DNA of 49,166 bases, filler included, from Bipalium vagum (lineage: Eukaryota): NCBI GenBank assembly GCA_037834085.1. It is 2 parts of 2 records of this genome, joined end to end, with 100 filler letters (N's around TTAATTAATTAA, not from the genome) between each part and the next. Parts side by side here need not be neighbours in the genome. Positions count along the whole stretch, not along the records: positions 1 to 30,845 come from JBBMKC010263122.1; 1 more part is not named here. One strand, 5' to 3'. This document shows positions 1 to 12,942 of this stretch, in pieces; the stretch's first letter is position 1, and every line of letters begins with the position of its first letter. Both the position numbers and the translations under genes were made by a program. The notes beneath the pieces were generated by a model. The model was not told where the DNA came from. It worked only from the letters and a program-made list of their open reading frames with translations, and did no database searches.

Positions 1-1289
1 ATCAGAAATAGATATTAAAATTTTTCGATTATTTTTACAATTATTTGTATTTAATCCAAAAATTTTAGTTAAACATTCTGATTATTATAATAATTCTTGT
101 TTTAATGAAATTATTTTCACTCAATGTTTAATTACATAATTATCATTAACGTTAATAACGTTACTGAAAGTTCTTTGTCATGTCTGAAGATATTGCAATA
201 ACTACCATTTATATTTAAATTAAAGGCTTGTGATTAAAAATAATTTTACTGGGAAAATTAAATTAATAATTAATATATTTTATTTTGTCCAATAATAAAA
301 ATTAAATTGAAAGAATATCAAAAGAATTTCCGTTACATTCTATTTCTTTTATTTTATAATCACTTGCTACATTTCCTTTGTTTTTGGGTTTCTTTTTGTT
401 GAAATAAATATCTTCCGACATTTTCCTCGTATTCATGGAAAAACTATGATAAATAATTTTAAATATAAATTAAATATTATTATTTTAAATTTAATAAAAA
501 AAATAATGTATCACTTTATCAAATATTTGATCAATTTTATTTAGATTATTAATTCATTTTATTCCTTCTTCTTGTGGTGAATTTGAATTATAAATAAGCT
601 GATATCGCGTACTAATTCAAATTTCAATGACGTAATATTCAATACAAATATGGAACCCAAGGTCGCCTAAGAAATAAAAAAAAAGAAAAGAGTTATTTTT
701 AGATTATTTAAAAAATTGCACTGTTCCCAAAAATATTATTGAAGAGTTTGGTACGATCATGAAAAATTTTGATAATAATTATGAATGACAGATTTGAGTC
801 ATTATTGGTTAGGGAAAGAAAGATATTAAATATTAATATGCAAACCGGAAAGTGTAAAAATCAATAATCTTTAATCAATAAATTATATTATTTTAGATTT
901 ATTAAATATATTTTTAAGAAATTATTATTTATCAAACATATTTTCATTTAAAATAATAAAATAAGTAAAAAATTAATTGCTGTTTTTCCGACGATTGAAA
1001 AATTTAGGTCTCAATCAAAACTCGACTTGCATACAATTTTATAAAGAAGTTGATACCTTAAGAAACGTTATATTGTAAAGATGTCATGATTTATATAAAT
1101 TTATTGCTTCTACGTTAAGGTCAATTTGTGATATTGAATTATAATAGTAGGTTTTGTATATAATCTGTGTATTTAAAGCTTAAAAATATTTGAACCAACA
1201 AAAATCCGGGCAATTTGGCTGTAGTCATCCACATAATAGTTAAGTTTGTCTTTATAAATCAATTCATATATATTTGAAAAAATCAATAT

Positions 1290-1720
1290 TCATTAATATT
1301 CGATCAATAGAATTCAGAATTGGAAAACAGAAATATAATCTTGCAAATATATGGAAAATACAAATCTCAGTATCCGAGCAATTTCAAAAGCCCTAAAAAA
1401 TACCAAAATCAACGTCAGTGATGTCATACAAAGGTTCAAGGAGATATTAACTAAGAACAGGAAGAGTGATAGTGGTAGCTCGCAAGGCCAAAACGAGGCT
1501 CAACAAGTATTTAAATATTTTGCAAAATTCAGAAATTGTAAACAAGGTCTATCGCTCAAAAATTAAATAATTCGAAGTCTTTTTTGCAGAGAGCAAAAAG
1601 GAAAAGCAATTTAGGAAAATTCAAAGCAAAAAAGATTGTGATGTGAAGAAAAATCAAAAACTATTTAATCAATTATTAACAAAGTGAAAATGTGTTGTCC
1701 TGGACGAGACGAAACATATC
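1290..1720 (+). mobile_element. Decayed Tc1/mariner-superfamily (DD37E-like) transposase, N-terminal part
   Basis: ORF 1351-1566 is HTH-like (SIRAISKALK..VSDVIQRFKE..RKSDSGS). Downstream ..RDETY resembles the CILMDDETY first-Asp motif of DD37E elements. Interrupted by stops. Confidence 0.55.
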
Positions 1721-1932
1721 TTTAAAAATTTTAAATTTTAACATGTGATATTATTTTTATGTAATATACATTATCAGTGTTTCATGTAATGTTAAACTAT
1801 ATTTATTTATTAGTGATTAATTTTGTCATTTTGTTTTTATAAACTAGTTTAAGTGTCAAGATTTTGATTTGGTCACCTTTAATTATGAAAAATTACTAAT
1901 TCAGATTAAAAATTTTATAAAATATAAATAAC

Positions 1933-2015
1933 ATAAATAAATAAATAATATAAATAAATAATATAAATAAATAATATAAATAAATAATATAAATAAATAA
2001 TATAAATAAATAATA
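1933..2015. repeat. AT-only tandem repeat, about 13-bp unit (TAAATAAATAATA)n
   Basis: About 5-6 visible copies. Confidence 0.8.
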
Positions 2016-2347
2016 TCATATTTTTATTTATAATTTGTTGTCTTAATTGATTCGTATATCGTTTTATTTTTCGATCCTTCAAAAATCTTTACTTTGTTTT
2101 ATATATCTGTTATGATATTAAATATCCATAATTTTTATATAATGGGATAAATTTCTGAGAGTTTAGGGTTGACCAGAAGTGGCATAAAAGGGATAATAAT
2201 CATTTTTCCTGCCAAATCCGTTTTAATTGCCCCAGGCTCTTGAAATGATAAACGATTTTTTACAGAAAATATCACATTTCAGATGATTGATAATTTTAGC
2301 GAATTTTACGAATGAGTTTAAAAATTAAAAGTGGAAATATTTATAAA

Positions 2348-2700
2348 TATCTGGTTGGCAAGGAAGTTCGTGTGCTTTATAAAGAAAAGATAAAATCAAA
2401 ATACTTTATTGACAAAAAAATTTAATTAATGATCTTTCTCATTCTTTCCACCAAATTCATTATGCCAAATTAGTAGAATTTCTGTTAGAATCAATGTGAG
2501 ATGGGCATCCAGGGCGGGATGCATCATTCATATCAAATTCTCTACAACTGAATTTGGCAAACCATTTTTGATATGCTCGAATTGATAAGATATCATCACC
2601 ATATACTTTACACATCTTCCTGTTCATGCGAGATTCGCTTACCTCTTTAAAATTAATATAATATTTAAAAATAATTTAATACTTTCCTTTGTCAAAATGA
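2348..2700 (-). mobile_element. Truncated mariner remnant with one TIR
   Basis: TIR-like TATCTGGTTGGC at 2348, the same start as the TIR at 4663. Minus strand reads VYGDDILSIRAYQKWFAKF..DASRPGCP, a mariner HTH region. Confidence 0.65.
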
Positions 2701-2994
2701 AACAATAAAATATGACGAAAATGCAGTTTTTTTATCTTGCACAATAATATTTTAATTATCGTGTAAAACTGTTATATTATTTAAACAACACTGAATGATT
2801 AATTTAGGAAATTTGATTTATAAATTTCAATTTTAAAAGCTTTCTTACAAATATTATTATACATATTATATTATTATTAAATAATATTATTATATTAAAT
2901 TAATATTTAGAGATTTTCAAAGTACTGTTAATAATTATAATTTTTTATATTTTGTTGAAGGTAAAATAATAAGGTTAAAAACACTTTTATTTAC

Positions 2995-3192
2995 CTCCAA
3001 TAAGCATGGTACATATGGAAAATATTTTTTCCGAATTTGTATTTGGAGAAACATTCCCAAACCCTACACTTGTTAGGCTGCTACACGTGAAGTAGAGAGA
3101 GCTGACATAGATCGTGATGTTTGACGGGCCTCCAGCATTAAAGTTTGGTGAGTATGGACTCTCCATTTTTTCAGCCAGTTCGTGTAGCCAAT
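2995..3192 (-). CDS. elk: Elk (Kv12/KCNH3,4,8-like) K+ channel exon: turret, pore helix, GFG filter and start of S6
   Basis: cttacAG|AT...GGAG|GTaaat, 198 nt, phase 1/1. Translates (N)[65 protein letters not shown]. The ORF track shows a different frame here. Confidence 0.95.
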
Positions 3193-3439
3193 CTGTAAGA
3201 CAAATTCATTAAAAGATTGATAAAAATAAAGATTTCCTTGTTGTACATGACAGATCTTCAATGTTCAATGTATAACACATTTCCTTTCCATTATATAAAA
3301 ACTGTCAATAATGAAAAGTGGTCGATTACAAACTGTGATAACTTTTAAATATGTTGCTCTAATACCATTATTTTTATAAATTACATTGTTTATGTCTCAT
3401 GTTATCTAAATAATCTTTGATTTTGTAGATCAATAATTG

Positions 3440-3895
3440 TTAGCCACAAAAATAGGTAAACAAATTGAAGTGAGAAAGAAAATTTTGTCCAATTAAAATG
3501 GAAATACAGCTACCTCGTATTCAACAATCGCTAAAAATGTCTGAGTTGCAAAATAAACCGTTCAAAAATTATTTCAAGCTACAAGAAGACTTGCTTTTGA
3601 ACGGAGAACAGGTTCAGTTAAGAAAACAGGTTAAATTGATACAAGCAAGGTGATCAGTAGGTTTAAGAAAAATTCGTCTCTTTCATTATACGATGTATAT
3701 AAAAATGTAAATCATCTAAATCTAAATCTACAAAGTGAAGCAGAATAATATATTGAAGCCTTACAAAGTCACTGTTGTTCCTGATCGTGATGAACAAAAG
3801 AGTGAAATTTCTAAAACCTGTTCAAGAAAGCTTTATGAAAATTTTCTAATCAAAGTTGATTGTGTTATTATGGACGATGAGACTTTTCTACATTT
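3440..3895 (+). mobile_element. Decayed DD37E-like transposase fragment
   Basis: ORF 3735-4016 contains YKVTVVPDR..RKLYENFL.KVDCVIMDDETF, then runs into AT-rich sequence. Confidence 0.65.
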
Positions 3896-4662
3896 GGAAA
3901 AAAATTTAATTTTCATCAAAATTGTATCAACACTAAATCAAAAAATTTACATTAAATGGTTCCTTCAAAATGTCTATTGCATTTTATTAATAAGAATAAT
4001 TTTTTTACTTTGTTAAAAAATTTACGATTTTAATGAAAAGATTTAAGGTAGCAATAAAATGTTAAGACAATTTAATGATCTGTGATAATATTTACAAAAA
4101 GAATATTTGAAAAAAGAAATTGAAAAGTTGTTTCGGAATTCTGGAAATGTTTACTGGATAAGCACCGATGTCAACCCAATTAAATATAAAATAATAAAAT
4201 CATTACTGTTATTATACTTAAAACCAAGACCACCGGCGTTAATTTTTGCAAAATGTTTGTTTTAATCAAAAACCCAAACGTCACTTTAATTGAACTGACA
4301 TTAATTTTTTAAATCGATTTAACAAGATCACTATTTTTGTTACTGATGTAGTTAAATATTCTTCTAATTTTCATTAAAATTATACAAATATTTCTCTTCA
4401 CTTTATTTTTCCCTATAAAATCTTCTTTTCACTAAACGCAAGGAAAATACCAGAGATGATCATATTGGTCGTATATAAAAACGAGGTTTAGTTTTGTTTT
4501 AATGTATAGATTATAAATAAGAAAAGAAGGATTAAATGAGAGGTTGATATAGAAATAATGGATCTTGTTCTGGTACGTTTTGTAAGGTAATTACGAATTA
4601 AATTTTACTTAATATTATGCATTTCATTTTAATTTAATATTAATTAATATTTTCACTAAATA

Positions 4663-5691
4663 TATCTGGTTGGCTAATACGTTTTTAGACGTTTAACACA
4701 AAATTTATTGAAAAAATTATTGCGCGAAAAAATAAATTAACTCCAAGATGCAATCAACCTCATTCTCTATTACTTTCTGATAGATTTCTGGAAAACTTTA
4801 GATATCATTCTCCCAGAACTTTGGAGGTTGTGATTCGATAAAGTTCTCCATGTATTTTTTGATTTCATTCTTATCATGGAATTGTGTGTTACCAATAGAT
4901 CGTTGTATTTCTGCAAATATTGTGTTGGAAACAAAAATAAATCGGACAAAACGTATTTATTACCAAAACATTATCATCTAGTATTTATTGCCTGCAATAA
5001 TTATGTAAATTTATTTATAGATAAGTTGTTTAAATAAACCATATTTCAGCTCACATTTCAATATATAAAATTTCCGAGAAATCAAATATAAATTTGCAAT
5101 GACGAGCTCTTGTGAGCAGATTTGACAAATGGTTATGTGCATAAATTGTTTGCCTTCAGTCAAATAATGTGGGACCAATTTTCCAATCATACTGACTTTT
5201 CCAGGCTTGTGCAAATGACGATAAATGGTTTAATAAACACCATTAAACCTTTGAGCAAGTTCTATGGTTGCAATAGTGCGGTTTACTTCGATCATTGTTA
5301 AAAGGGCGTCATCATTAATCTGTGTACACAAATCACTAACAATTTTCTAACAGTACCACGCGGTTGACCTGTAAAGTCAAAATCTCAAGGACCGAAATGT
5401 TCGAATCTATTAAAGCACTTTGAGCGTTGATAGCATTCTCACCAAAAGCTGATATGTGCTGAATTTTGATGATTAGTACATGATAAGAATAAGCAGAACG
5501 TCTAGAGATAACTTCACCAATTGGGAATTGATTCTTATGTATTTTTATTAAATTGATATACTGTAAATAAAGTACCAAAGGTCGTCTATACTTATTCTCT
5601 AAAAAAATAAATTTTAAGATGTTCTTCTTTTAATTATGTTAAAATAATGATTGGTGTTAAAAAGTCTCAAAAAATATTAGCCAGCCTGATA
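4663..5691 (-). mobile_element. Internally deleted mariner with both TIRs, inside the Elk intron
   Basis: Left TATCTGGTTGGCTAATACGTTTTTAGAC vs reverse complement of right end TATCAGGCTGGCTAATATTTTTTGAGAC, flanked by TA. Degenerate GKLVPHYL (WVPHEL) and SQPPKFWEND..QKVIENE. Confidence 0.85.
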
Positions 5692-7348
5692 TATAAAATT
5701 AAAATCATTTATTTTAGGTGTTTTAATAGATTAATATTAATTCAATAAAGGACAATAAAAATGTAAACAAATGCAACTTTATAACAATAATAATAAAATA
5801 TTAAAACTTTAAAAATTAAAATAAATAAAATTAAAAATAAACTTAAAAGTTAATTACCAATAATAATTCAAAAGATAATAATAATGAGAAAAAATAATAA
5901 AAGAAAACAACATAATTTAAACTTATCGAACTTTTTGAACATCAAACAACATAATTGATTTTGGAAGCCTATAAATTCAATAATTGATCTTTTTGCCTTA
6001 GCCGAGTTTGTTAGTTTCATTCTCTTTTTTATTAATATTCTAAAAAACGCAAGTCAAGCAGTCAGATAAAAATGAAATCAGATAAAAGAAAATGAGGATA
6101 TGAGAATATAATAATTTATTTATTAATTTTATACCTTTGGTAGTCCATGATGTTCCAATGTTTTTATAATCAGGTCATTTAAATTCAAACGTTTCGAAAA
6201 GCTCAGAATTAATATTTAAAATTATTTTCCTAAGTTAAAAGTAATTATAAATATTATATTAAAAATTTTATTGCATTTTAATCATTAACAAATAATAAAT
6301 AATAAAAGTCTAATAATATTATCAATTAATTTTAATAATATTAAAATAAGTTTAAAAATTAAAGAAAATTAAATTTGGTAATAAATTATTAAATACCTCC
6401 ACAATATTTGATTAAATAAATATTAATTAAATATTTAACAAACATATAAAATATATATAAATTATATTTATATATAAATTTTATTTAAAATTATTAAAAT
6501 ATTATATTTATTTAAAAATATAAATTTACAAATTGTACGTTCAGAATTATTTATTTCTAACCAAATATATTTCTTTATCAAACATTTTGTTCAATGGGAA
6601 ATTGTAAAAGAATCATATAATAGATTTCCAGACTTTTTCCATAATTGACATTTTATACACCTAAGGGCTGGTAAGAATCTTCAGAGAATTAAATGTCAAT
6701 AATATTTTATTTATATTAATGATCTTAAAACTGAATTCTATAATGGACTGCAATTTAACTTGAGGAATCCTTTCAATACAACATATTGAAATATGATATT
6801 AACAAAACAACAAAAAGCGTCTTATGAGTTGAAAATATTCACATTTTATCAATGTTATCTATTTGCGGAAAATACAATTTATTTTCTATATGTATAAGGT
6901 GTAGTACATAATTGTAATACCATTTATATTTCAATAAATACAAATAATATTCTTCATATATAACATTTTTACACTAACCAGTGCATGTTTAATATGTAAT
7001 AAAATATTTCAAGGTCACTTTGGATATTCTGTTATAAATATCTTTTAAAAACAAGTAATGTATAATTATAAGACCACGTCATATATAATAATGGTTAAAT
7101 ATTGATTATATGGATTAGAAAATTTTAAAAATGCCATTATTAATCAAAGTGGATTTTGAAAAAAAATAAAATTATTCAAGAAAGGTTAAGAACATCGCAA
7201 GATTTCGAAAAGAGATAATCGTTCCTATAAGAAAATTTATAATTTCTTGAAAAATCAATGAAATTTAATGCTGCTAAGAAGCGCGAACTCAACAGAAAGC
7301 TGAATGCTCGTTCCGGACGCCTAATTTGTCAAGAAGTCAGTAACAAAG

Positions 7349-7615
7349 TCATCTAGTGTGGTAACATTGTTGAAAATCTAAACTTAGGAGTATCAAGTGG
7401 GAATGTGAATCGTGCCATAAAACATTGTTTGGGTTTCCGTTATTGAATCTATTGAAAGTTTTTCGGCTCCAGTTGACTCGAGCTACTTTTTGTTCATAAT
7501 TTAAAAGATGTGCGATCCAACAAGAAACTAACTTCCTCACATTCACACATAATGAGGTCTTTGAAATGCTCAATGAACACTGCATCTCACGATATGTTGC
7601 ATATCGATCTTCCAT
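7349..7615 (-). mobile_element. Mariner transposase fragment
   Basis: KLVSCWIAHLLNYEQKVARVNWSR resembles the K.CSRWIPH.LT..QK..RV.WC motif. Confidence 0.7.
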
Positions 7616-7954
7616 AAAAATAAATTAAATTAAATTTCCTCTATTAAAAAAAATGTAAACTGAACAAAAATTTTAATTATTTTAAATTTATATAATTTTT
7701 TCATGAAAACATAAAACTTTTCATAATAATATTTAAAAAGAGAATTGAGAGCGAATAATAATTCTTTTAACGAAGATCTCATACAAATTCTGAATTAAAT
7801 AAAAAAATCATAATGAAAATAATTTCAAAAATCAGATAAAAGATTTGACCGTTCCAATTTTTTACTTAAACCTAATTAATAATTAAAATCGCTCAAATAC
7901 ATATTTTTAATTATATCAAGAAATTTTAATTAAATTAAAAAAATATATTCATAC

Positions 7955-8156
7955 TGATATTTTTTGTGGAATTTCCCGTTAATTCCGCTTTTCCAATAAC
8001 ATACCATATGCAGGCCAGCCAGTGAGCGCAAAGGGCAAAAGCAGACATCAAAAGAGCCAGCAAGACGCTGCTATATTCTGCATAACGATCTATTTTTTGT
8101 AATAATCGGATCAGCCTCACAAGACGGGCTAACTTCATCATCTGGATCCTGGCTCC
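7955..8156 (-). CDS. elk: Elk K+ channel exon: S4 voltage sensor, S5 and start of turret
   Basis: tttatcAG|GGA...ATCA|GTatga, 202 nt, phase 0/1, splices in frame to 3192. Translates [75 protein letters not shown] and WYVIGK are Elk-type. Confidence 0.95.
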
Positions 8157-8535
8157 CTGATAAAAGGTGGATTGGTTTTTAAATTCATTTAAACAATTTT
8201 CGACAATTAAGAAGACAGAATGTTAAAAAATAATAATTTCCAAAAACCAAAATAGAGTCACAGATGAATGAGGTTAAAGGATAAAAACAAAAAAAAGGAT
8301 GATTTAATAATTTAGTAATTTTTTTGTTTAAAATAAGCATATCTTTTTATTTACAAAATGAAACAAATTACCAAAGACTGTCTACGTTCTTAATTCCGTT
8401 TTATTAATTTTAATTTTCACATGATTTAAAATTCAGTGATTGATAATAATAATAATAATAATAATAATATTAATATTAATATTACATGGGAATAAATATA
8501 AATAAATAAATATAAAAATAAATATAAAAATAAAT

Positions 8536-8666
8536 NNNNNNNNNNNNNNNNNNNNNNNNNNNNNNNNNNNNNNNNNNNNNNNNNNNNNNNNNNNNNNNNN
8601 NNNNNNNNNNNNNNNNNNNNNNNNNNNNNNNNNNNNNNNNNNNNNNNNNNNNNNNNNNNNNNNNNN
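8536..8666. other. Assembly gap (N run)
   Basis: 131 N flanked by AT low-complexity sequence. Confidence 0.99.
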
Positions 8667-8779
8667 ATTATTAAATTAAGTATTTCTGGATAAAGTTAGT
8701 TTTAGGAAAAATTATATAGAATGAGGAAATATATTATTATAAATCATTTTATTTAGATTACTTTTAAGCATAATAATAA

Positions 8780-9450
8780 AAAGATTATTTAGCTTTTAAG
8801 GCTTCTCCTTGCATATGAAGTCTCTTTGGTTTCTGTCTCTTATGAAAAATTATACGACTGTTTTTGCCATTTAAAAATTATGAAATAACATGAGGTCAAA
8901 TTTCAGGTATTTATTATCTTTATATCAGCACCTAAAAGTACTGGTACTTGCACCCTTAAGCGTTGTACTCTTTTATCATTGTCGAATTTACTGATCATTC
9001 CATTCATTTTCTAAAGCATAATGTATATGAAGGTCGACATATTTGCTGAATTGTGAATGCGTACAAATTCGTGTAGTGAGAAGTCGCTCCACCTTATTTG
9101 TGTCGGAAATAAATTCCACATAACACGAGTTTTTTTATTTTTAATATTATAGTAAAATAATAGGTTAATTCGTTAATAATAGAAAGTAGGAATATTTTAA
9201 TGCAATAAAAAACCTCGATCATACACATAGTTTATATTTACCACTCTGTCCTGAAGCTGTGAAAATGTATTCAGTGTCTACATATGATCTTAATTTAACT
9301 ATTTTTCCCCGAGCACTGATCACCGGCAAAACTGCAATGTGATGACAACCTACAGAGAACCGAAATCAGAATAAATAAATCAGGGTTTTAATAACTTGAT
9401 TTCTCCCTTCTTCGTGACACTTCAAAGCCGCCCTAGAGGCTTCATCTTCT
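8780..9450 (-). mobile_element. Decayed Tc4/Tc5(pogo)-like transposase remnant
   Basis: HIAVLPVISARGKI..YIFTASGQSGK resembles the HSYTIMPTISADG..V.ASKSGK motifs of this group. Confidence 0.4.
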
Positions 9451-9849
9451 CAAATCCCATTATTTTCATTATTATTAATTAAATTTAATTACATTTCATT
9501 TACTTTGTATTTAAATATTAATTTCAATTTTAATATTTACTTTATTTCATATGGGAAATATTAAAGAGAAAATACTCTTTGTATAATTCAGAATCGAAAT
9601 GCCCTTCTTGTTTTAAAATTAATAATATTATTCTTCATTTTCGCGTCCATGGTTGAAATATATATCATATAATATTTTTCAAGAAATATTTTATTTTTTG
9701 TTATTTTTTCTATTTTGATTATTTAAATCAGGCCTATGAAGATATTTGACCGACCCGTGACCGCATTCTAAATAACGATAATATTTTAATAAACAAAAAT
9801 TGTTTTAATATTCATTCAAATGCAATGTTTAAATTAACCAATGAATTCA

Positions 9850-10185
9850 AAGATATCAAAGTAGATGGCGAATGTCTAATTTTTCGAGATACTTGGACGA
9901 TTGATTATTTATTTATTGACAAAAATGGAGAGACAAAATGTTTTATTAACCTTGAAAAGATTGCTATAAATAAAGTGGAAAATATTATATGACCCACCAT
10001 TTCGAAAATTTTAAAAAACTTACTAGAGAATCAAGGAGAGATGAAGTCAGTAAGCTGAAATCAAAGTTTGAAAAGCAGACATCGTTTTTTATGAAGGAAA
10101 GAAGTGAATGTGAAACTAATACACGTACAAGCTATAAAGTGTCAAGACTTATCGCTGAAAAGATGAGACCGTTTATTTGTTTTAA
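9850..10185 (+). mobile_element. hAT (Buster/SPIN, GTF2IRD2/EPM2AIP1-like) transposase N-terminal fragment
   Basis: KVDGECLIFRDTWTIDYFFIDKNGETKC..THH..LKSKFEKQTSFF..RTSYKVSRLIAEKMRPF matches the degenerate zinc-finger region of SPIN-type transposases. Truncated. Confidence 0.8.
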
Positions 10186-11272
10186 TAACTGTGTAATTAT
10201 TTCATTCAACATGCTAATGTGAAGATGGTGGGTATTCAAGAGCGTGAGGGGTACGTTTTCTTTTAATAAATGTTTCAATATTTTATTTATTAAAAATGAA
10301 TGATGAAAAAATAGATGTTAAATATGTTAAGCAATTTGGGATAAATACGGTTTCGTTTCTATTATTGTATTATTAATTGTCTTCATCAAACTGAAACGAC
10401 TTCTCTGATGAAATTTAAAACGATGTCAATGGATCTTAAGAGAGTAAATGAGGTTTATCCGGTTCAGGCTTTATCAGATGAAAATAAACTGGTGTAAGAC
10501 AGAATCAGAATGATATGAATTCAGTTTCCATGGCTTACGTCGAGAGCGTCACATATTCTCATCCATTGGTCCCAGGGGGCGGTCTTGAGAAACGTCTGTT
10601 GGAAGTCGTAGCATCGTTTATTGGTTTAATATTTGATAAATGTCTCTCAATGTCTGATCCTACAAATTTGGAAAATTTACACTTTTTCCAATTTTATTCT
10701 TGGGGTTTACGAAAAACGTACTGAATTCTTTGGCCCAAATGATATTATGCAGTTAAAATATAATTATTTATTTTGTCAACTAAAGTAAATATTGATTGAG
10801 CTGTCTTAATTATTTAAACAAAAATTTTAGATTATTATTTAATTGTGTTATATAATAACTAATAATATTAAATTATAATATATATATCAAAGAATAAATT
10901 ATATATTTCCAGATGAATATTATTTTATATTATTTAATTATAACGGAAAACGATAGTTTAATTTTTAATATTTTTAAGCATTAATTTAATTACATGACAA
11001 AAGCTCTATCAATTTTCAATTAATAAAATTAGTTAAATATGTTATAATCATTTTTAAATTAAAGTTATAATTCTGGAAAATGTTCTGCTTCTACATAAAA
11101 AAATATGTACGGGCAATTATTTTTTATATTTTATAAATAAATAAAAATAAATAAAATAAATAAAAATTTTTTAATTTAATTGAAATAAAATTTTAAAAAA
11201 TAATTATATATATTGCATCTATAATTCATTTATCAATAATAAATAAAAAAAAATTAATTAATTAAATAATAA

Positions 11273-11408
11273 NNNNNNNNNNNNNNNNNNNNNNNNNNNN
11301 NNNNNNNNNNNNNNNNNNNNNNNNNNNNNNNNNNNNNNNNNNNNNNNNNNNNNNNNNNNNNNNNNNNNNNNNNNNNNNNNNNNNNNNNNNNNNNNNNNNN
11401 NNNNNNNN
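11273..11408. other. Assembly gap (N run)
   Basis: 136 N. Confidence 0.99.
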
Positions 11409-12339
11409 TATTAAAATTACCGTTATTGTTTAAATTGACATTTCACATTTTCAATTTCTTTCAAATGTTCTTTTAATCATTTTAATCATAATAAAGGAAA
11501 ATGTATTTTAATGATTTTATTATGCATTGTTTACCAAAAGGTTAATCTATATGTCACCATACGCCTTTTGCCTACCAGTATACCAATATCCTCAAAATTA
11601 GACACTTCATATTTTCATGAAACGAGAATATGTTAGGCTCCATGGCATTCTATAAATAACATTTTTATAAAAATTTTATTAAATTTAATAATTCATTTTT
11701 GCGGTACACATTGAAAAATGTCTCAATGAAATCGACAAGCCATCAGTTATATATTTGAAACCTTTAAAAAGAGAACAAAGTTTTGGACTTTTGTTTTTAA
11801 TATAGTTGAAATTAAAAGTGATTTGAAAGAGTTTTCTCATTATTTATAATAACTTCATTTAATATCTTAGAAAACATTTTATTTAAAATGTCTCCATGAT
11901 AAAATCAAGTAAAAAAATTGTGAGACCTATCTGTATTTCATAAAAGTTAGCATGAAGAAACATGTTTTTAAATAATACATTTGATTAGAAAAAACAAATA
12001 AATAAAAAAACTTTTTCCGGAATACTTTATTTAATTATACTTGTTCGCATTTAATCTTTTAAACGTGTTTGAGAATTTACAGCTGAAACAAACACGTGAT
12101 GATTACTTTAATTAAAATAACTAATTTTGACCAATAGTAATTCTGAGAATTTAAACTGACTTCTAATTTTTGAAATTTTATATTGTGCCTAATTTAAATT
12201 TTTAATTAATTGTAAATTTAATTTTAATATTTAATTTTGAATATATATTTAAAAATAATTTTTATTGAAATAAATAAAATAAAATAAATAAATAAAAATT
12301 GAAATAAAAATTAATTACAAGACCACAATATATCGATTT

Positions 12340-12760
12340 ATTATGAATGGAAAATTTGTCTAACTATTATTATTGTTTTAAAAAGACATTTAAATTCATA
12401 TCTTTAAAACAATGACTGATTTTGTTGATATTGCCTCTAAGAGAAGTAATGTAATATTTTCAAGGACAGCGCAAGACCACACAAATCGCTACGGAGTCCT
12501 CATAAATTGAATAACTTTAAATAGAACTATCTTACACACTCACCATATTTCTCAAGATTTGTTTTGATAAGTACAGATTTATTTTAATAACTACATCAAA
12601 TGAATTATATCGATTTAAATTAAGTCAATTAAATTAAACTATCCAGTCTTTTGAAACTTGTGAAGCCCCTATGTCTCTTTCTCTTCATCGAAATTCCAGA
12701 AATTCTACAAGGATGAAATTATGTAGGTGTCTCATGGTTGGTAGGTGGTGATTAAAAACA
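12340..12760 (+). mobile_element. Highly decayed mariner C-terminal remnant
   Basis: Traces of DNARPH (gacagcgcaagaccac) and PEFYKDEIM. Confidence 0.45.
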
Positions 12761-12904
12761 ATAAAAAAATATCAACCTAAAAAATGTTTATCTAAAAAAT
12801 CAATTTATAATTTAAATTAAACACAATTTTTAATTCGATAAAACAAACCAATAAACAATATGTATCTTAAATTTATTTAAATCTTTTATATTTCTATTCA
12901 TTTT

Positions 12905-12905
<1 letters not shown>

Positions 12906-12941
<36 letters not shown>
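12906..12941. repeat. (AAT)n microsatellite
   Basis: About 11 units. It produces the poly-Ile in ORF 12830-13036. Confidence 0.95.

Positions 12942-12942
<1 letters not shown>

Noticed and set aside
360-670. Two exon-like segments with strong acceptors on the minus strand, candidates for the next Elk exon
   Set aside because: No frame gives the expected ALMHA..FGNVTAII. The phase-1 reading stops after about 16 codons.
2140-2250. EPGAIKTDL on the minus strand, resembling a short-chain dehydrogenase motif
   Set aside because: Isolated 9-aa resemblance with no surrounding domain or exon structure.
3073-3261. ORF-track 62-aa minus ORF
   Set aside because: Wrong frame over the real Elk pore exon.
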